The notes under the pieces are model-generated. The model saw only the letters and a program-made list of their open reading frames with translations, did no database searches and was not told the DNA's origin. From contig NC_068983.1 in NCBI RefSeq assembly GCF_001194135.2, forward strand, positions 157,506,764 to 157,570,763: a stretch of DNA of 64,000 nt, read 5' to 3'. The DNA is from Octopus bimaculoides (Eukaryota). Within the stretch, counting starts at the first letter, position 1. Each line of letters begins with the position of its first letter. The translations under genes and the position numbers were made by a program. Below, piece after piece: positions 49,720-61,251 of this stretch.

Positions 49720-50300
49720 GCCGAAATAATATCTTCGACTCTATAGGCCCCAATAGCCTTTCTTGCCACCAGAATGCTGGTTGCTTCATGTGTCATACAG
49801 AGTTAAACCTGATACTCAAGAAGAGCTTGGCCCAGGCAAACATCTCCTCCATCTTGGAACCATCTAGATTGTCCAGATATGATGGGAAGAAATCTGACGG
49901 CTTCACCATGTATCTCTGGTCACAAGGCAGATGCCTTGTCTGGGATGACAGTGAGCGGCTTCTTTGCTTCTGCTCATATCTTGGATGCTGTAGTCAGGGT
50001 GATCCACAGCTTCAGCAGCTGAGTGGAACAAAATCCTGAAGTACTGTGATCTGTCGGCCAACTACATTTTCCATCCTGTGGGGTTTGAGACGTTTGGTGG
50101 GGTCAGACCACTAACTGTGAGATTCCTGTCTTCACTGGTAACTTACTTTGCAGGGGTAACTGGTGAGGCTCTTGAGGCGCTTGGCTGTTCTAGCACATCA
50201 GCCTCACCATCATCCGTGGCAGCACTTCAAGCGTGCTGGCGTGTCTCAATAGCCATTAGAGAGGTTTCGCTGTGCCCCCAAGTTTTGAACCCAAGGTGGT
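49720..50300 (+). mobile_element. Second CRE-clade 3' fragment, related to 42080-42835
   Basis: FDSIGPNSLSCHQNAGCFMCHTELNLILKKSLAQANISSILEPSRLSRYDGKKSDGFTMYLWSQGRCLVWD, and nucleotide similarity through AAAATCCTGAAGTACTG..TTTTCCATCCTGTGG. Confidence 0.8.
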
Positions 50301-50489
50301 GAATTGTTTTGTTTTCTTTCTTTTTTCTTTTAATTTTTTCAATTGTATTCTCTGTTTCGTCCACATGTAAATAAATTTAAATTCATGTTTTCACAATCAC
50401 ATACACAAAAGTTAATATGGACATTTGCCACTTGAATGTTGACGTGCACAGCAATGTCTAAAGGGACCATTCTACGGGACATATTTTGA

Positions 50490-50820
50490 TAATTTTTCAG
50501 ATTAACACCTGCATGATCTTCACTAGGGTGTTAGGGTTAGGGTTTTAGGGTTAGTTTTAGGGTTAGGGTTTTAGGGTTAGTTTTAGGGTTAGGGTTTTAG
50601 GGTTAGGGTTTTAGGGTCAGGGTTAGGGTTAGGGTTAGGGTTACGATTAGGGTTAGGGTTACGGTTAGGGTTAGGAACAGAATTCCCTAACCCTAACCTT
50701 AAAACCCTAACCGTAACCTCTACCCTAAACCCTAACCCAAACCCTAACCCTAACCCTGATCCTAAAGCCCTAACCCTAACACCCTAGCGAAAATCGTGTG
50801 GGTGTTAATCTGAAAAATTA
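50490..50820. mobile_element. Foldback element with head-to-head telomeric arrays: (TTAGGG/TTTTAGGG)n, AACAGAATT spacer, (CCCTAA)n
   Basis: Perfect 20-bp inverted termini TAATTTTTCAGATTAACACC (50490-50509) and GGTGTTAATCTGAAAAATTA (50801-50820). G-arm at 50523-50675, C-arm at 50685-50787. Confidence 0.85.
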
Positions 50821-51294
50821 CCCATATTTCTGATGAGTTAAAGACCAACTTTGATTTTTGATATCTTTTTCATCCATGAATTTCAGTTTTTGCTTTTTAA
50901 TTTGCTCTACGTCTGAAACAACAATAATAATGGCAACAGCAGCAGCTGGAATTCTGGAGTACCAGGCGTGGGAAATGACGGTCTGTATGTGTTATTATTT
51001 TAGCCAGAAATCTGCACTCATCCAACAGATTTGTGATTAAAAACCGTGACTGTACCGTCTATTTGGAGGAGAGAATACAGAGAAACTTGTACCGAAGGAT
51101 CGCCGAGAATACATACTAGACAATATTATCCAACACATCCCTCTCCACTTTTAAAGGAAAATTTGAATGCTAATTCTAGCTTTCTCTCAGCTGGTAGATT
51201 TCTGTTTGCGAAAGTAGCAAAGAGTTACCTACCTTCGTTTTATCAATTTGCATTTTAATTTTGATGTGAATGAACTTCGATTCATTAAAGAGAA

Positions 51295-51421
51295 ATGACC
51301 AAATATTTAAATATTCACCCGAACCTAATTAAGGAAAGGAAAGGTGCCACTTTCGATCCATATACATTAACTTGTTTACTGTGGGATGGCGACGAGGTCG
51401 TAAAGCATAAAAGAAATCTAG
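51295..51421 (+). CDS. ACOX1: Peroxisomal acyl-CoA oxidase 1-like, coding exon 1: MTKYLNIHPNLIKERKGATFDPYTLTCLLWDGDEVVKHKRNL
   Basis: Matches the ACOX N-terminus (human [25 protein letters not shown]). Donor CTAG|GTAATT at 51422. 127 nt, phase 1. Confidence 0.9.
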
Positions 51422-51952
51422 GTAATTTTCGTTTTCATTTTTTAAAATATTGTCAATGTTATTCTTTCATTCCAGTCAGCTCTAATGGAGCAGATCCATA
51501 ATAAATAGCCGTGATTAACACATTTTGTATAACTCGGACTACGTTCTCCAATGCGTCCTTTGGTGTAATTTGTGAGAGCTTGATTTGTATGTCTACCGTT
51601 TATATTTTACTGTATTTGATTACGAAATCTTGAATTATTTTATAACTTGTATGTCATCGTTGGTAGTTCACCTTACCGAGGTGTCAGATCACCTTTTAGA
51701 TATTGCTCTACTCGTTAAGGGTGCTTGGCTTTTCCATCTCGTGTTGGCTCACTTCAATATATTCTGTTGAATCATGTGGTGTGCGACCAATTGATGCACT
51801 TGATGCTGCATTGATGTATTTTTTTTTGGGGGGGGGTGTTTCCTCTTGTAAAATATATTCCTTTCTACGTAATTGTTTTGACCTCCCGACACTGTAGTAA
51901 GCATGTCAGATATTGCAGACAGAAAAAACAGTAGAGTATTATTTATTAGGGG

Positions 51953-52156
51953 GAGATGGAGTATATGTAATCTGGGTATACCCCCCCCCCCATTTTGTTT
52001 TTTTTTTACGGAATCCTATGTTTCAGACCATGGAGAATCCGATTCTGGAAAAAATTTTTTACATGATCGGAATCTCCATAGCCTAAAACGTGGGATTCCG
52101 TAAAAAAAAATTAATAAATAAGGGGGGAAAGGTTCAGATTACATATAGTCCATCTC
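51953..52156. mobile_element. Palindromic MITE-like foldback in ACOX1 intron 1
   Basis: GAGATGGAGTATATGTAATCTG (51953-51974) pairs 21/22 with 52135-52156. Nested pairs TTTTTTTACGGAATCC/GGATTCCGTAAAAAAA and ATGGAGA/TCTCCAT. Confidence 0.8.
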
Positions 52157-52641
52157 TACCATTTATTAATTGTGTGTTACTTTAATTAGTGCTGTTTGAT
52201 TTTTTTTTAATATTTTGAGAATGATTAGTAATTATGATAAAAACAATAACTTAGTAATAAAAAACGCCCACTTGAATGACACCGTAAAGATGTTCATTAA
52301 TTTATTGAGGTAATGAAAAGTTGTAAACAATCCGATAAAATCATTTAAAAAGTAATCACAACATAAATAAATAAACACTAATTAACTATAGTTGAGATTA
52401 GTGGGCATGGTTGATGAGCTTAAATAAATAAACACTATTTAACTATTGTTGAGATCAGTGGGCATTGTTGATTTACTTGTTCAAAGCAAAAGAGATCATT
52501 GTTGTAGAAACAGAAAAAGAAGCGAAACAAGTTATGAACAGCCCATTTGTATAATGTCATCTTCAGGCATGGGTGCTTGGGTGCCTCATGGGTCTAGCGC
52601 TCTAAAGCTAAACTGTATATAGTGTGGTGGTTTGCTTATCA

Positions 52642-53245
52642 GTATTTCGTCTGCCCTTACGTTCTGAGTTCAAATTCCGTCGAGGTCGACTTTGCCTTTC
52701 ATCCCTTCGGGGTCGATAAATTAAGTACCAGTTACGCACTGGCGTCGATGCAATCGACTTAATCCCTTTGTCTGTTCTTGTTTATCCCCTCTATGTTTAG
52801 CCCCGTGTGGGCAATAAAGAAATAAGAAACGTTAGCACGTCGGGTGAAATGCTTAGCGGTATTTCGTCTGTCTTTACGTTCTGAGTTCAAATTCCGCCGA
52901 GGTCGACTTTGCCTTTCATCCTTTCGGGGTCGATAAATTAAGTACCAGTTACGCACTGGCGTCGATGCAATCGACTTAATCCCTTTGTCTGTTCTTGTTT
53001 ATCCCCTCTATGTTTAGCCCCGTGTGGGCAATAAAGAAATAAGAAACGTTAGCACGTCGGGTGAAATGCTTAGTGGTATTTCGTCTGTCTTTACGTTCTG
53101 AGTTCAAATTCCGCCGAGGTCGACTTTGCCTTTCATCCTTTCGGGGTCAATAAATTAAGTACCAGTTGGGTACTAGGGTCGATGTAATCGACTGGTCCCT
53201 CCATCAAAATTCCGGGCCTTGTACCTAGAGTAGAAAAGAATAAAT
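52642..53245 (+). mobile_element. Tandem array of SINE family A, 217-bp period, about 2.7 units
   Basis: GTATTTCGTCTG recurs at 52642, 52859 and 53076. Each tail AATAAAGAAATAAGAA runs directly into the next unit's ACGTTAGCACG. Confidence 0.9.
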
Positions 53246-53439
53246 ACTGTAGGCCTCAGGGTTAATATATAGTTTAACTCCATGTCCCCCCCCCCCGCAA
53301 AAAAAAGCCCAGTCTAGTAGGTGTAAAAAAATGTGTAGAAAATGAATATGAAAACAAAAATTTGCGCAAACGAACTGGATGTGGAGAGGATCCAATGTGA
53401 TATCTGTTTTACAGCCTTGTGACCAAAGAATTTTACACT

Positions 53440-54000
53440 CCGTGAAGAACGACTATGAAAATGATTTTAGAAGCTGTGCTTGATGCAGTCAACAAAGTAG
53501 TAAAACTGCAAGATTACCTGAAAAAGTTCACTGTTAAGGGTACCATCTACTCACTTGGGAATGCTTGAAATAATGTTTATAAATCAACAGTAACAAATGC
53601 CTGGCACAGAATTTGGCCAATAACGATGTTTGATGAAAATGACTCTATAGATAATGAGTTAGGAGGATTTTGTGTCACCTTACACTAAAAGTTTATTTTG
53701 CGGAATGGTAAGAAGCTGACACTAAAGAAATGCTAAACGTTGACAATGATGCATTTGTTGTGCATACCTTGAGTGATGAGGAAATTGCTGAAATAGTGTT
53801 AAATACAGATAGGAATGAAGACAGATAGGTGAAAGAATTCCTATGGACAATATGATGAGAATTTGTGGTCAGTTAATAACTGACCTTGAACACTGGGTAT
53901 TAATCGGTGAGCAGCAGATTAGGAGAGTTTACTCAAAGAGACATTGCTTAGACAGAAACATATGCTAATGAGACAGATGACACTTGAAGAAGTCTTTAAA
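53440..54000 (+). mobile_element. Tigger/pogo transposase C-terminal remnant
   Basis: LQDYLKKFTVKGTIYSLGNA*NNVYKSTVTNAWHRIWP..VVHTLSDEEIAEIVLN resembles the TIGD/jerky-like xTIKDAIxxxxxAWxxVxxxTxxNAWxKLWP..LTDEEI. Confidence 0.6.
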
Positions 54001-54775
54001 AATGCCCTCTCTTGTAGTGCTACTTCATCACTTGAGAATCCTGTTCCTTGCCCATCATTGGAGGTTTGCCTGCAGCCTGAAGATGAAGTTGGTGATACTG
54101 TCAGACCCTGTTCTACAACTTAACTGCAGCTACATATTTAGTCTAGTTTGAATCAATTTATGGCTCTTGCATATGAATAAACTGTAATACCATTTGTAGT
54201 CTTTCCTTATTCAAATTAGTGTGAATACTTATGTGTCACTCTACAGAAATATTATGGTAATCTGTATATCTGTACTTGTGGATCATGTATTTTTGTTTTA
54301 AATTATCCCAATATATGTATTTTGTTATTTGTAATCTTAGTTACCACACTATTTCATTTACCAGCATATTACTCTACAAATACTTATTTTCCCCACTGAT
54401 TGTGAGTGCGTATACATGTGCTTCTGTTACCATAGTAAGATATCTATTTTGATGTCTAGTTTACAATCTGGGGCAGCTGACTTTTATTCTGAAATTCAGA
54501 ACACAACTGTCCCTCAAGGGTTCTGGACAAAGGATTGTGTACCTGTATCAACAAATAAAGAACAATAGAGCATTGCCAGTGCTAATACTGTCGCCATTAC
54601 TGTCATGAAAACCCCATAGGAACTGTAAAGGGATTACTAAAAGAGCATAGAAACAGTGGGTGTCATGAGGTCACTTTAGTTCTGTCTTGTTGAAGACTGT
54701 CCAAGCTCTTTCAATGTCGTGCCACTAGAAAATGCTCCTCCAACCTCAGCATCCTCATCAAGTCCTGTATATATA

Positions 54776-54835
<60 letters not shown>

Positions 54836-54846
54836 TAAATATATAT

Positions 54847-55300
54847 ATATAATTGTTAAACTGGACAGCAATCATTAAGGCAAGGCAAACATCTCAAATC
54901 ATATACAATATTATTATAGGAAGAAATTCAAAATCTTACAGCTGTTTCAGGGATATCCGCAAGTATGGGATATTCTGTCATCAGAGACAAATAGGGAAGG
55001 ACTCATGCGCTGGTCTATAATTTTGGAAAGTTGAACTATGAACTTTCATGCTTCTTTTTTCTTCTTTCTTTCCATCTCCTTATTCTTTTACTCCCTTCCT
55101 CTATGTCATCATCTTATTAATATATATCATTCTCATTTTCCCTATTTTTTCCCTATTTGTCTCTGATGACAGAGTATCCCATACTCAGGGATATCCCAGA
55201 AACAGCTGTAAAATTTTGAATTTCTTCCTATAATAATATTGTATATGACTTGAGATATTTGCCTTGCCTTAATGTTTGCTGTCCTATTTAACAATTATAT
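54847..55300. repeat. Inverted pair of 152-bp Penelope-type terminal repeats (54847-54998 and 55149-55300), each with a hammerhead motif
   Basis: The arms are highly similar reverse complements with a 150-bp spacer. Each contains CTGATGA..GAAACAGCTGTA (minus at 54933-54988, plus at 55159-55214). Confidence 0.85.
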
Positions 55301-56136
55301 ACCCACTGCATCAGAAATCTGCCATGGCTTCATAACTACCATCCCGGCTATAACCTTGGAGCCCCAGTCCAGTAATCCGTTACATCACTTACCTAGCATA
55401 CCTAATCATTTAGATCACCCGATCACAGGTGTATTAGTTTGATGCTCAGGAAAGTGAGAAAGTCTTTTAAGTTTCAAGCATATGCTCTTCAACAGAAAGG
55501 AATGTGAGAAAATAGAGAGAGAATAAAAAAATAAAAAAACTGGTGGATTTAGCGATCAAGCATGGCAACATATGCATATATATATCTTTTATTTTTTATC
55601 TTTTACTGGTTTNNNNNNNNNNNNNNNNNNNNNNNNNNNNNNNNNNNNNNNNNNNNNNNNNNNNNNNNNNNATATGCAAGTAAAAATAAATACAAAAAAA
55701 AGGGGGTTTGTATGATTGTGTATAGAGGAATATATTATTTTGTTTAAAAGAGTTCCAACACTGTCTGTTTTTTATGTTTTATTTATATTCCTGCAAAACC
55801 AATGTGGGATATAGAATATGGAATATACAATATATAATATAATATACGATATATAATATAAAATAAAAATGGATGGTACAATGAAATAAAGTATTGAATG
55901 TCTTATTGAATATATGGAATATGTCTTATTGAATAGATGAAATATTGAGTGTTCAATATAAAGGATTAAATATATAAAGGCGAATACGTATTTTCAATAC
56001 CTTGTGGTATTTCATCATGGCCGGTATGACAGACTTTAAACAGACTGTGTTTTATATATATATATATGTATATATACATATGCATATATATATCTTTTAT
56101 TTTTTATCTTTTACTGGTTTCAGCCTAGAGCTGAGG

Positions 56137-56690
56137 TCATGCTGGTGCACCACCTGTAGTTACTCGGTGTTGTTTTTGATATTGTTTTTGGTGAAGTAGC
56201 GAGTTGGACGGAGCTGCTCTTCTTTGCATCTCCTGCCATGATGTGGGTTCATCTGGTATCTCAGACAGAAACCTGTCCAGACGTTCCTTGAAAACTTCCA
56301 CATCAACACCATGTAAATCTCTAAGGTTGCCCGGAAGGATGTTGAGCAATTGTGGGCCCTTGAAACCCAGACTATTGCAGTACTGTGTCCTTATTTTAGA
56401 TGGGAAAGATGGGATCTTTGGTATGATGCAGTGCTGTCCAGTTTGAGGATTAGTATAGCTGTCAATTCCAAAATCGGGAGCTAAACCCTCCAAGATCTTC
56501 CAAATATATATCATCACATATCTCTCTCGTCTTCTCTCCAGGGAATAGAGACTCTGCTCCTTTAGCCTCTCTCAGTAGCCCATCTTTTGCATCAAGTCCA
56601 TCTTCTTTGTGTATTGGTGCTGGATTGCTTCGAGTTTCACAGTTTGTTTCACGCTCTCTGGGGACCATAGTTGGGAGAAAATGTGTTTAT
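56137..56690 (-). mobile_element. CR1/L2-type LINE ORF2 C-terminal fragment
   Basis: (LSLERRRE)..MMIYIWKILEGLAPDFG..NSLGFKGPQLLNILPGNLRDL..VFKERLDRFLSEIPDEP, the typical post-RT tail. Confidence 0.85.
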
Positions 56691-57419
56691 TTAGAAATAT
56701 GTTGATAGGTAATAGAAAGGAAAGACAAGGAAGACAAAANNNNNNNNNNNNNNNNNNNNNNNNNNNNNNNNNNNNNNNNNNNNNNNNNNNNNNNNNNNNN
56801 NNNNNNNNNNNNNNNNNNNNNNNNNNNNNNNNNNNNNNNNNNNNNNNNNNNNNNNNNNNNNNNNNNNNNNNNNNNNNNNNNNNNNNNNNNNNNNNNNNNN
56901 NNNNNNNNNNNNNNNNNNNNNNNNNNNNNNNNNNNNNNNNNNNNNNNNNNNNNNNNNNNNNNNNNNNNNNNNNNNNNNNNNNNNNNNNNNNNNNNNNNNN
57001 NNNNNNNNNNNNNNNNNNNNNNNNNNNNNNNNNNNNNNNNNNNNNNNNNNNNNNNNNNNNNNNNNNNNNNNNNNNNNNNNNNNNNNNNNNNNNNNNNNNN
57101 NNNNNNNNNNNNNNNNNNNNNNNNNNNNNNNNNNNNNNNNNNNNNNNNNNNNNNNNNNNNNNNNNNNNNNNNNNNNNNNNNNNNNNNNNNNNNNNNNNNN
57201 NNNNNNNNNNNNNNNNNNNNNNNNNNNNNNNNNNNNNNNNNNNNNNNNNNNNNNNNNNNNNNNNNNNNNNNNNNNNNNNNNNNNNNNNNNNNNNNNNNNN
57301 NNNNNNNNNNNNNNNNNNNNNNNNNNNNNNNNNNNNNNNNNNNNNNNNNNNNNNNNNNNNNNNNNNNNNNNNNNNNNNNNNNNNNNNNNNNNNNNNNNNN
57401 NNNNNNNNNNNNNNNNNNG

Positions 57420-58770
57420 AACCAGATGGCTACACCAGGCTCCAATCTGATTTGACAGAGTTTCTACAGCTGGATGCCCTTCCTAACGCCAACCACTCCG
57501 AGAGTGTAGTGGGTGCTTTTACGTGTCACCCGCACAAAGGCCAGTCAGGTGGTACTGGTGACGGCCACGCTCAAAATGGTGTATTTTACGTGCCACCTGC
57601 ACAGGAGCCAGTCCAGCGGCACTGGCAATGACCTCGCTCAAATGTCTTTTCATGTGCCAGTAAGGCGATGCTGGTAATGATCACACTCAAATGGTGCTAT
57701 TTACATGCCACTGGTATGGAAGCCAGACAGCTGCACATCTTTAATTTTTACTCTGTCTCAATCAAATTGGTTCTTGATGTTCAAACTCAATTCTCTCTTT
57801 CCCTATTTCTCTGTCTGTCTCTGTTTCTCTCTCTCTCATGTATATACACATTTATGGTAACATGCCCTTGCTCTTCTGTAAGTATTCACATTTTTATTTT
57901 TATAGCCTTTTATTTTATAGCCTTGCACACATGTTGTAAACATGAATGTTTGTATTGAATAACAGTAAACTTTTTACATTAATTCATAAAATGAAAGTTT
58001 TATGTATCATATTTCTTTGCTGTCATGAATTTTCAAATTTTCTTACCATGTTGTTCAGCAAGTAAATCTGTCCTGAAATGATTGTTTTACATGCCAATGA
58101 ATAAAATAATTCTCATATGTATATTGGACTGCCATGCAACTGAGAAGTGAACTATGAGCACACCAGTACTATATGTGTGTGTGTGTGTATGTTTGTGTTT
58201 CTTGTCTGATGCATTGTGGCTGTGTGGTAAGAAGTTTACATCTCAACCACATGGTTTTGAGTCCAGTCCCACTGTGTGTTTTCTTCTATAGTGCTGGGTT
58301 ATCCAGAGCCATGTGAGTGGATTTGCCAGAGAAAATGAAAGAAGCCTGTTATATGTATATATATATATATATATATATCATCATCATCATCATCATCGTC
58401 GTTTAACGTCCGCTTTCCATGCTAGCATGGGTTGGACGATTTGACTGAGGACTGGTGAAACCAGATGGCTACACCAGGCTCCAATCTGATTTGGCAGAGT
58501 TTCTACAGCTGGATGCCCTTCCTAAGGCCAACCACTCAGAGAGTGTAGTGGGTGCTTTTACATGCCACCGGCATGAAGGCCAGTCAGGCGGTACTGGCAA
58601 TGGCCATGCTCAAAATGGTGTATTTTATGTGCCACCCGCACAAGAGCCAGTCCAGGGGCACTGGCAACGATCTCGCTCAAAAGTCCTTACATATGCCGCG
58701 GGCCCAAGTGCCAGAAAGGCGTCGCTGGGCACAGGGGTCATCACGATTTCGCTTTCGCTTGCCCCAATAA
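57420..58770 (-). mobile_element. Two long family B repeats (57420-57730 and 58375-58770) plus a family C head at 58215-58360
   Basis: CCAGATGGCTACACCAGGCTCCAATCTGATTTG..GGATGCCCTTCCTAA..GAGCCAGTCCAG is shared with 4570-4990 and 62808-63007. Confidence 0.8.
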
Positions 58771-59646
58771 GTCTTCGCATAAATATATGTATGTACATAT
58801 ATTTATGTGTGTGTGTGGATGTTTGTGTCTCCTTGTTTTGACATTGTGTGATTGTTGTAAATGAATGTCATTCATTTCCAGTATCCTGCATAAACATGTC
58901 TGACCATGGGGAAATATTGCTTTGCATGGTTTGGTGATAGGAAGGGCATCCAGCCACAGGAAAAGCTGCCCCAGTAAAATTTTGTTTGACTCTTGCAAAT
59001 GTGGAAAAGTGGATGTTAAAGTGATGATGATAAGGATGTTATATGATTCACTGATATAACTTAACCTGTCCATGAAAAATTTGACGTTCAGTCTCTGGTC
59101 AGTGCTCATCAAAGACATTCTAGCTATGACCATTCCATCATATTCAAATAATGTATCAGCATTATCCAACATGTCTTTTCACTTCAAAGTGAGTAAAGTG
59201 TGGTTAAAGGGATATTTAGCTGCTATTTTTAACAGCTTGAGGTGCTGAAAAGTTCCTAGCTTTGAGTAAAAGAAAATACAGGAGGATCAGTTAATTAAGA
59301 TTTTATTAAACATATTCCCCTCTCAAATTCACACACTTATTGCAGTGATCTTTCAGTTTTTTTAAGCCCTGTAAAAGAACTCAGAATGTTGGGAATCCAC
59401 CCAAGCCTTTTTGCAATACCCTTAAAGCCAGGAATTTTTCAGTACCACCACCACCACCACCACTCCATATATGCCTCTCTTTGATAAGACCAATTTGATT
59501 GAAAGTACAGATATTTGAAATTGCAAAGAGAGTCATACCTGTTTCTTTTTTTGACTGATATAGATTAATTTTTATGCCCAAGTGTTTAATAGCCTCACAA
59601 TATGAATTTATAAATTTTAATCTTAAAACATTTTATTTTACATCAG

Positions 59647-59800
59647 TTGCATTACTGGAAAATGACCCAAATCTTCAAGATGAGAATTTATCAGACTTTT
59701 TATCACAAGAGGAGAAAATTGATTTTGCCATAAAGAAAACTATATATCTCTTCAGAAAACTTGGAATGAATGAGAAAGAATATTACATGTTTTTATTTCA
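59647..59800 (+). CDS. ACOX1: ACOX1-like coding exon 2: (V)ALLENDPNLQDENLSDFLSQEEKIDFAIKKTIYLFRKLGMNEKEYYMFLF(Q)
   Basis: TTTTACATCAG| at 59646 and CA|GTAAGT at 59801. 154 nt, phase 1/2. Resembles human [25 protein letters not shown]. Confidence 0.92.
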
Positions 59801-60061
59801 GTAAGTTATAACTTTGAAAAGATTCTTAAACCTTTTATTTTTAACTTTTTAGCATTCACCTTGTCCTGTCCAAAGTAATGCTTTTTTATTCACATGTTTT
59901 GAATTAATCTTGCATTATCTTGTAGCTTTTGAGATTTTGATGAGGTGTATCAAGCCACCCAGTAACTTAAATGAGCTTTCTATTATTGTGCGAGTAGAAT
60001 ATGCCTGTTCCAGTCAATGGATGTAGGTGTGATAGCTAACTTCAAACTATATTATCTGAGA

Positions 60062-60635
60062 AGAATTTTCGGATCTATTTTAAAATGGGGGCCACATTTT
60101 TCATTAATGTTTTACGTAGTGTTTTTGGTACGGAAAGACTTTCAAACTTCGTATACTTATCTATTTTGTGTGATAGAACAGAAAAATATTTTTGTATTCG
60201 AATTTATTTCATGTAAAAAATTGTCTTATTTCGATAATTTCAACCAATCACTGACAAATATTCAGTTGTTTACATTTACTCCTTTGACTGATTAAGCGAT
60301 GTAAAGCGTATTTAATCTCCATACCTTCGTTTTATTTGCTTTTTTCATTTTAAATTTGCTTTAACCCTAACCCTAGGGTTAGGGTTAATTGTTTCAGAAT
60401 CGTTTGTTTATGTAGTCGGCACTTAATGTATATCGGCTGAATGGACGTCAGTGATTGGTTGAAATTACAGAAATACGACAACTTTAACATGGAATAACTT
60501 ATGGATTTCTTTTTTTTTTAAGAAGACTAAGAGAAAAAGATGTTTTATATGACACATTCTACCAGTGTTCCAAGTTTCAAAGTGTTTCGTTAATGAAAAA
60601 TGTGGCCCCCGTTTTAAAAAAGATCCGAATTTTCT
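60062..60635. mobile_element. Nested-palindrome foldback/MITE with a central telomeric palindrome, in ACOX1 intron 2
   Basis: Outer inverted pair 60062-60107 / 60590-60635. Perfect 21-bp inner pair 60235-60255 / 60447-60467. Perfect 28-bp palindrome TTAACCCTAACCCTAGGGTTAGGGTTAA at 60361-60388. Confidence 0.85.
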
Positions 60636-61251
60636 AATAACTTACGCCCAGGGGTTAGTACTTATAGAGAAAAGTCAGCAAGTTTTTTCTTATAACCACC
60701 CTAATCATGAACATAACATAATAATTACAAGAGGCGTTTACAATGAGCTCTGTATGTTTGTGTCTCCTTGTCCTGACATGATAGTTGTAAAATGGCTGCC
60801 ACTGTCATACAAGCAGCGTCATTCATTTTCAACATTCTGTAAAATATGTCTGGATATTTCATGTATGTGGTGATTGAAGAAGCTATTTCACCCCCAAATC
60901 TTTCATATAACAACAATTTATTGTTTATATTCAGTTTTGAGTTCTTAAATAACAACTTTTGAGAAGTCAGTTGTAAACTGAATCAACTCCAATATAATAT
61001 CAATACTTGTTTTATTGTGTCAATGAATTAAAGGATTAAACTAATCTCTCTAAAATTTTAATTGTGTACTAAAATACAGTAATATTGTAAAAACTCATAG
61101 GCATTTTCTCTGTCCTTCTTATAATCAGTTTTATAAAGTAGCTAATTTAATGTGTTATAATTTTACATTTTTATTTATATAGTTTGTATCTGCTATATAA
61201 AATTGAAAGGTTGCGATCAATTTGAATATTTTTCTTGTTTTCTACTTCCAG

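Noticed and set aside
50523-50787. Ancient chromosome end-to-end fusion site
   Set aside because: The arrays are short and enclosed by unique 20-bp inverted termini, which favours a foldback element. A fusion is not fully excluded.
50929-51040. MATAAAGILEYQAWEMT.. as an alternative ACOX1 first exon or separate gene
   Set aside because: No recognisable homology and no convincing in-frame donor. It may be 5' UTR or promoter sequence.
52365-52478. 57-bp tandem duplication
   Set aside because: A simple two-copy diverged local duplication in an intron, with no further structure.
52642-53245. CRISPR-like regular repeat
   Set aside because: Eukaryotic context, whole-unit tandem duplication with no unique spacers, and no cas genes.
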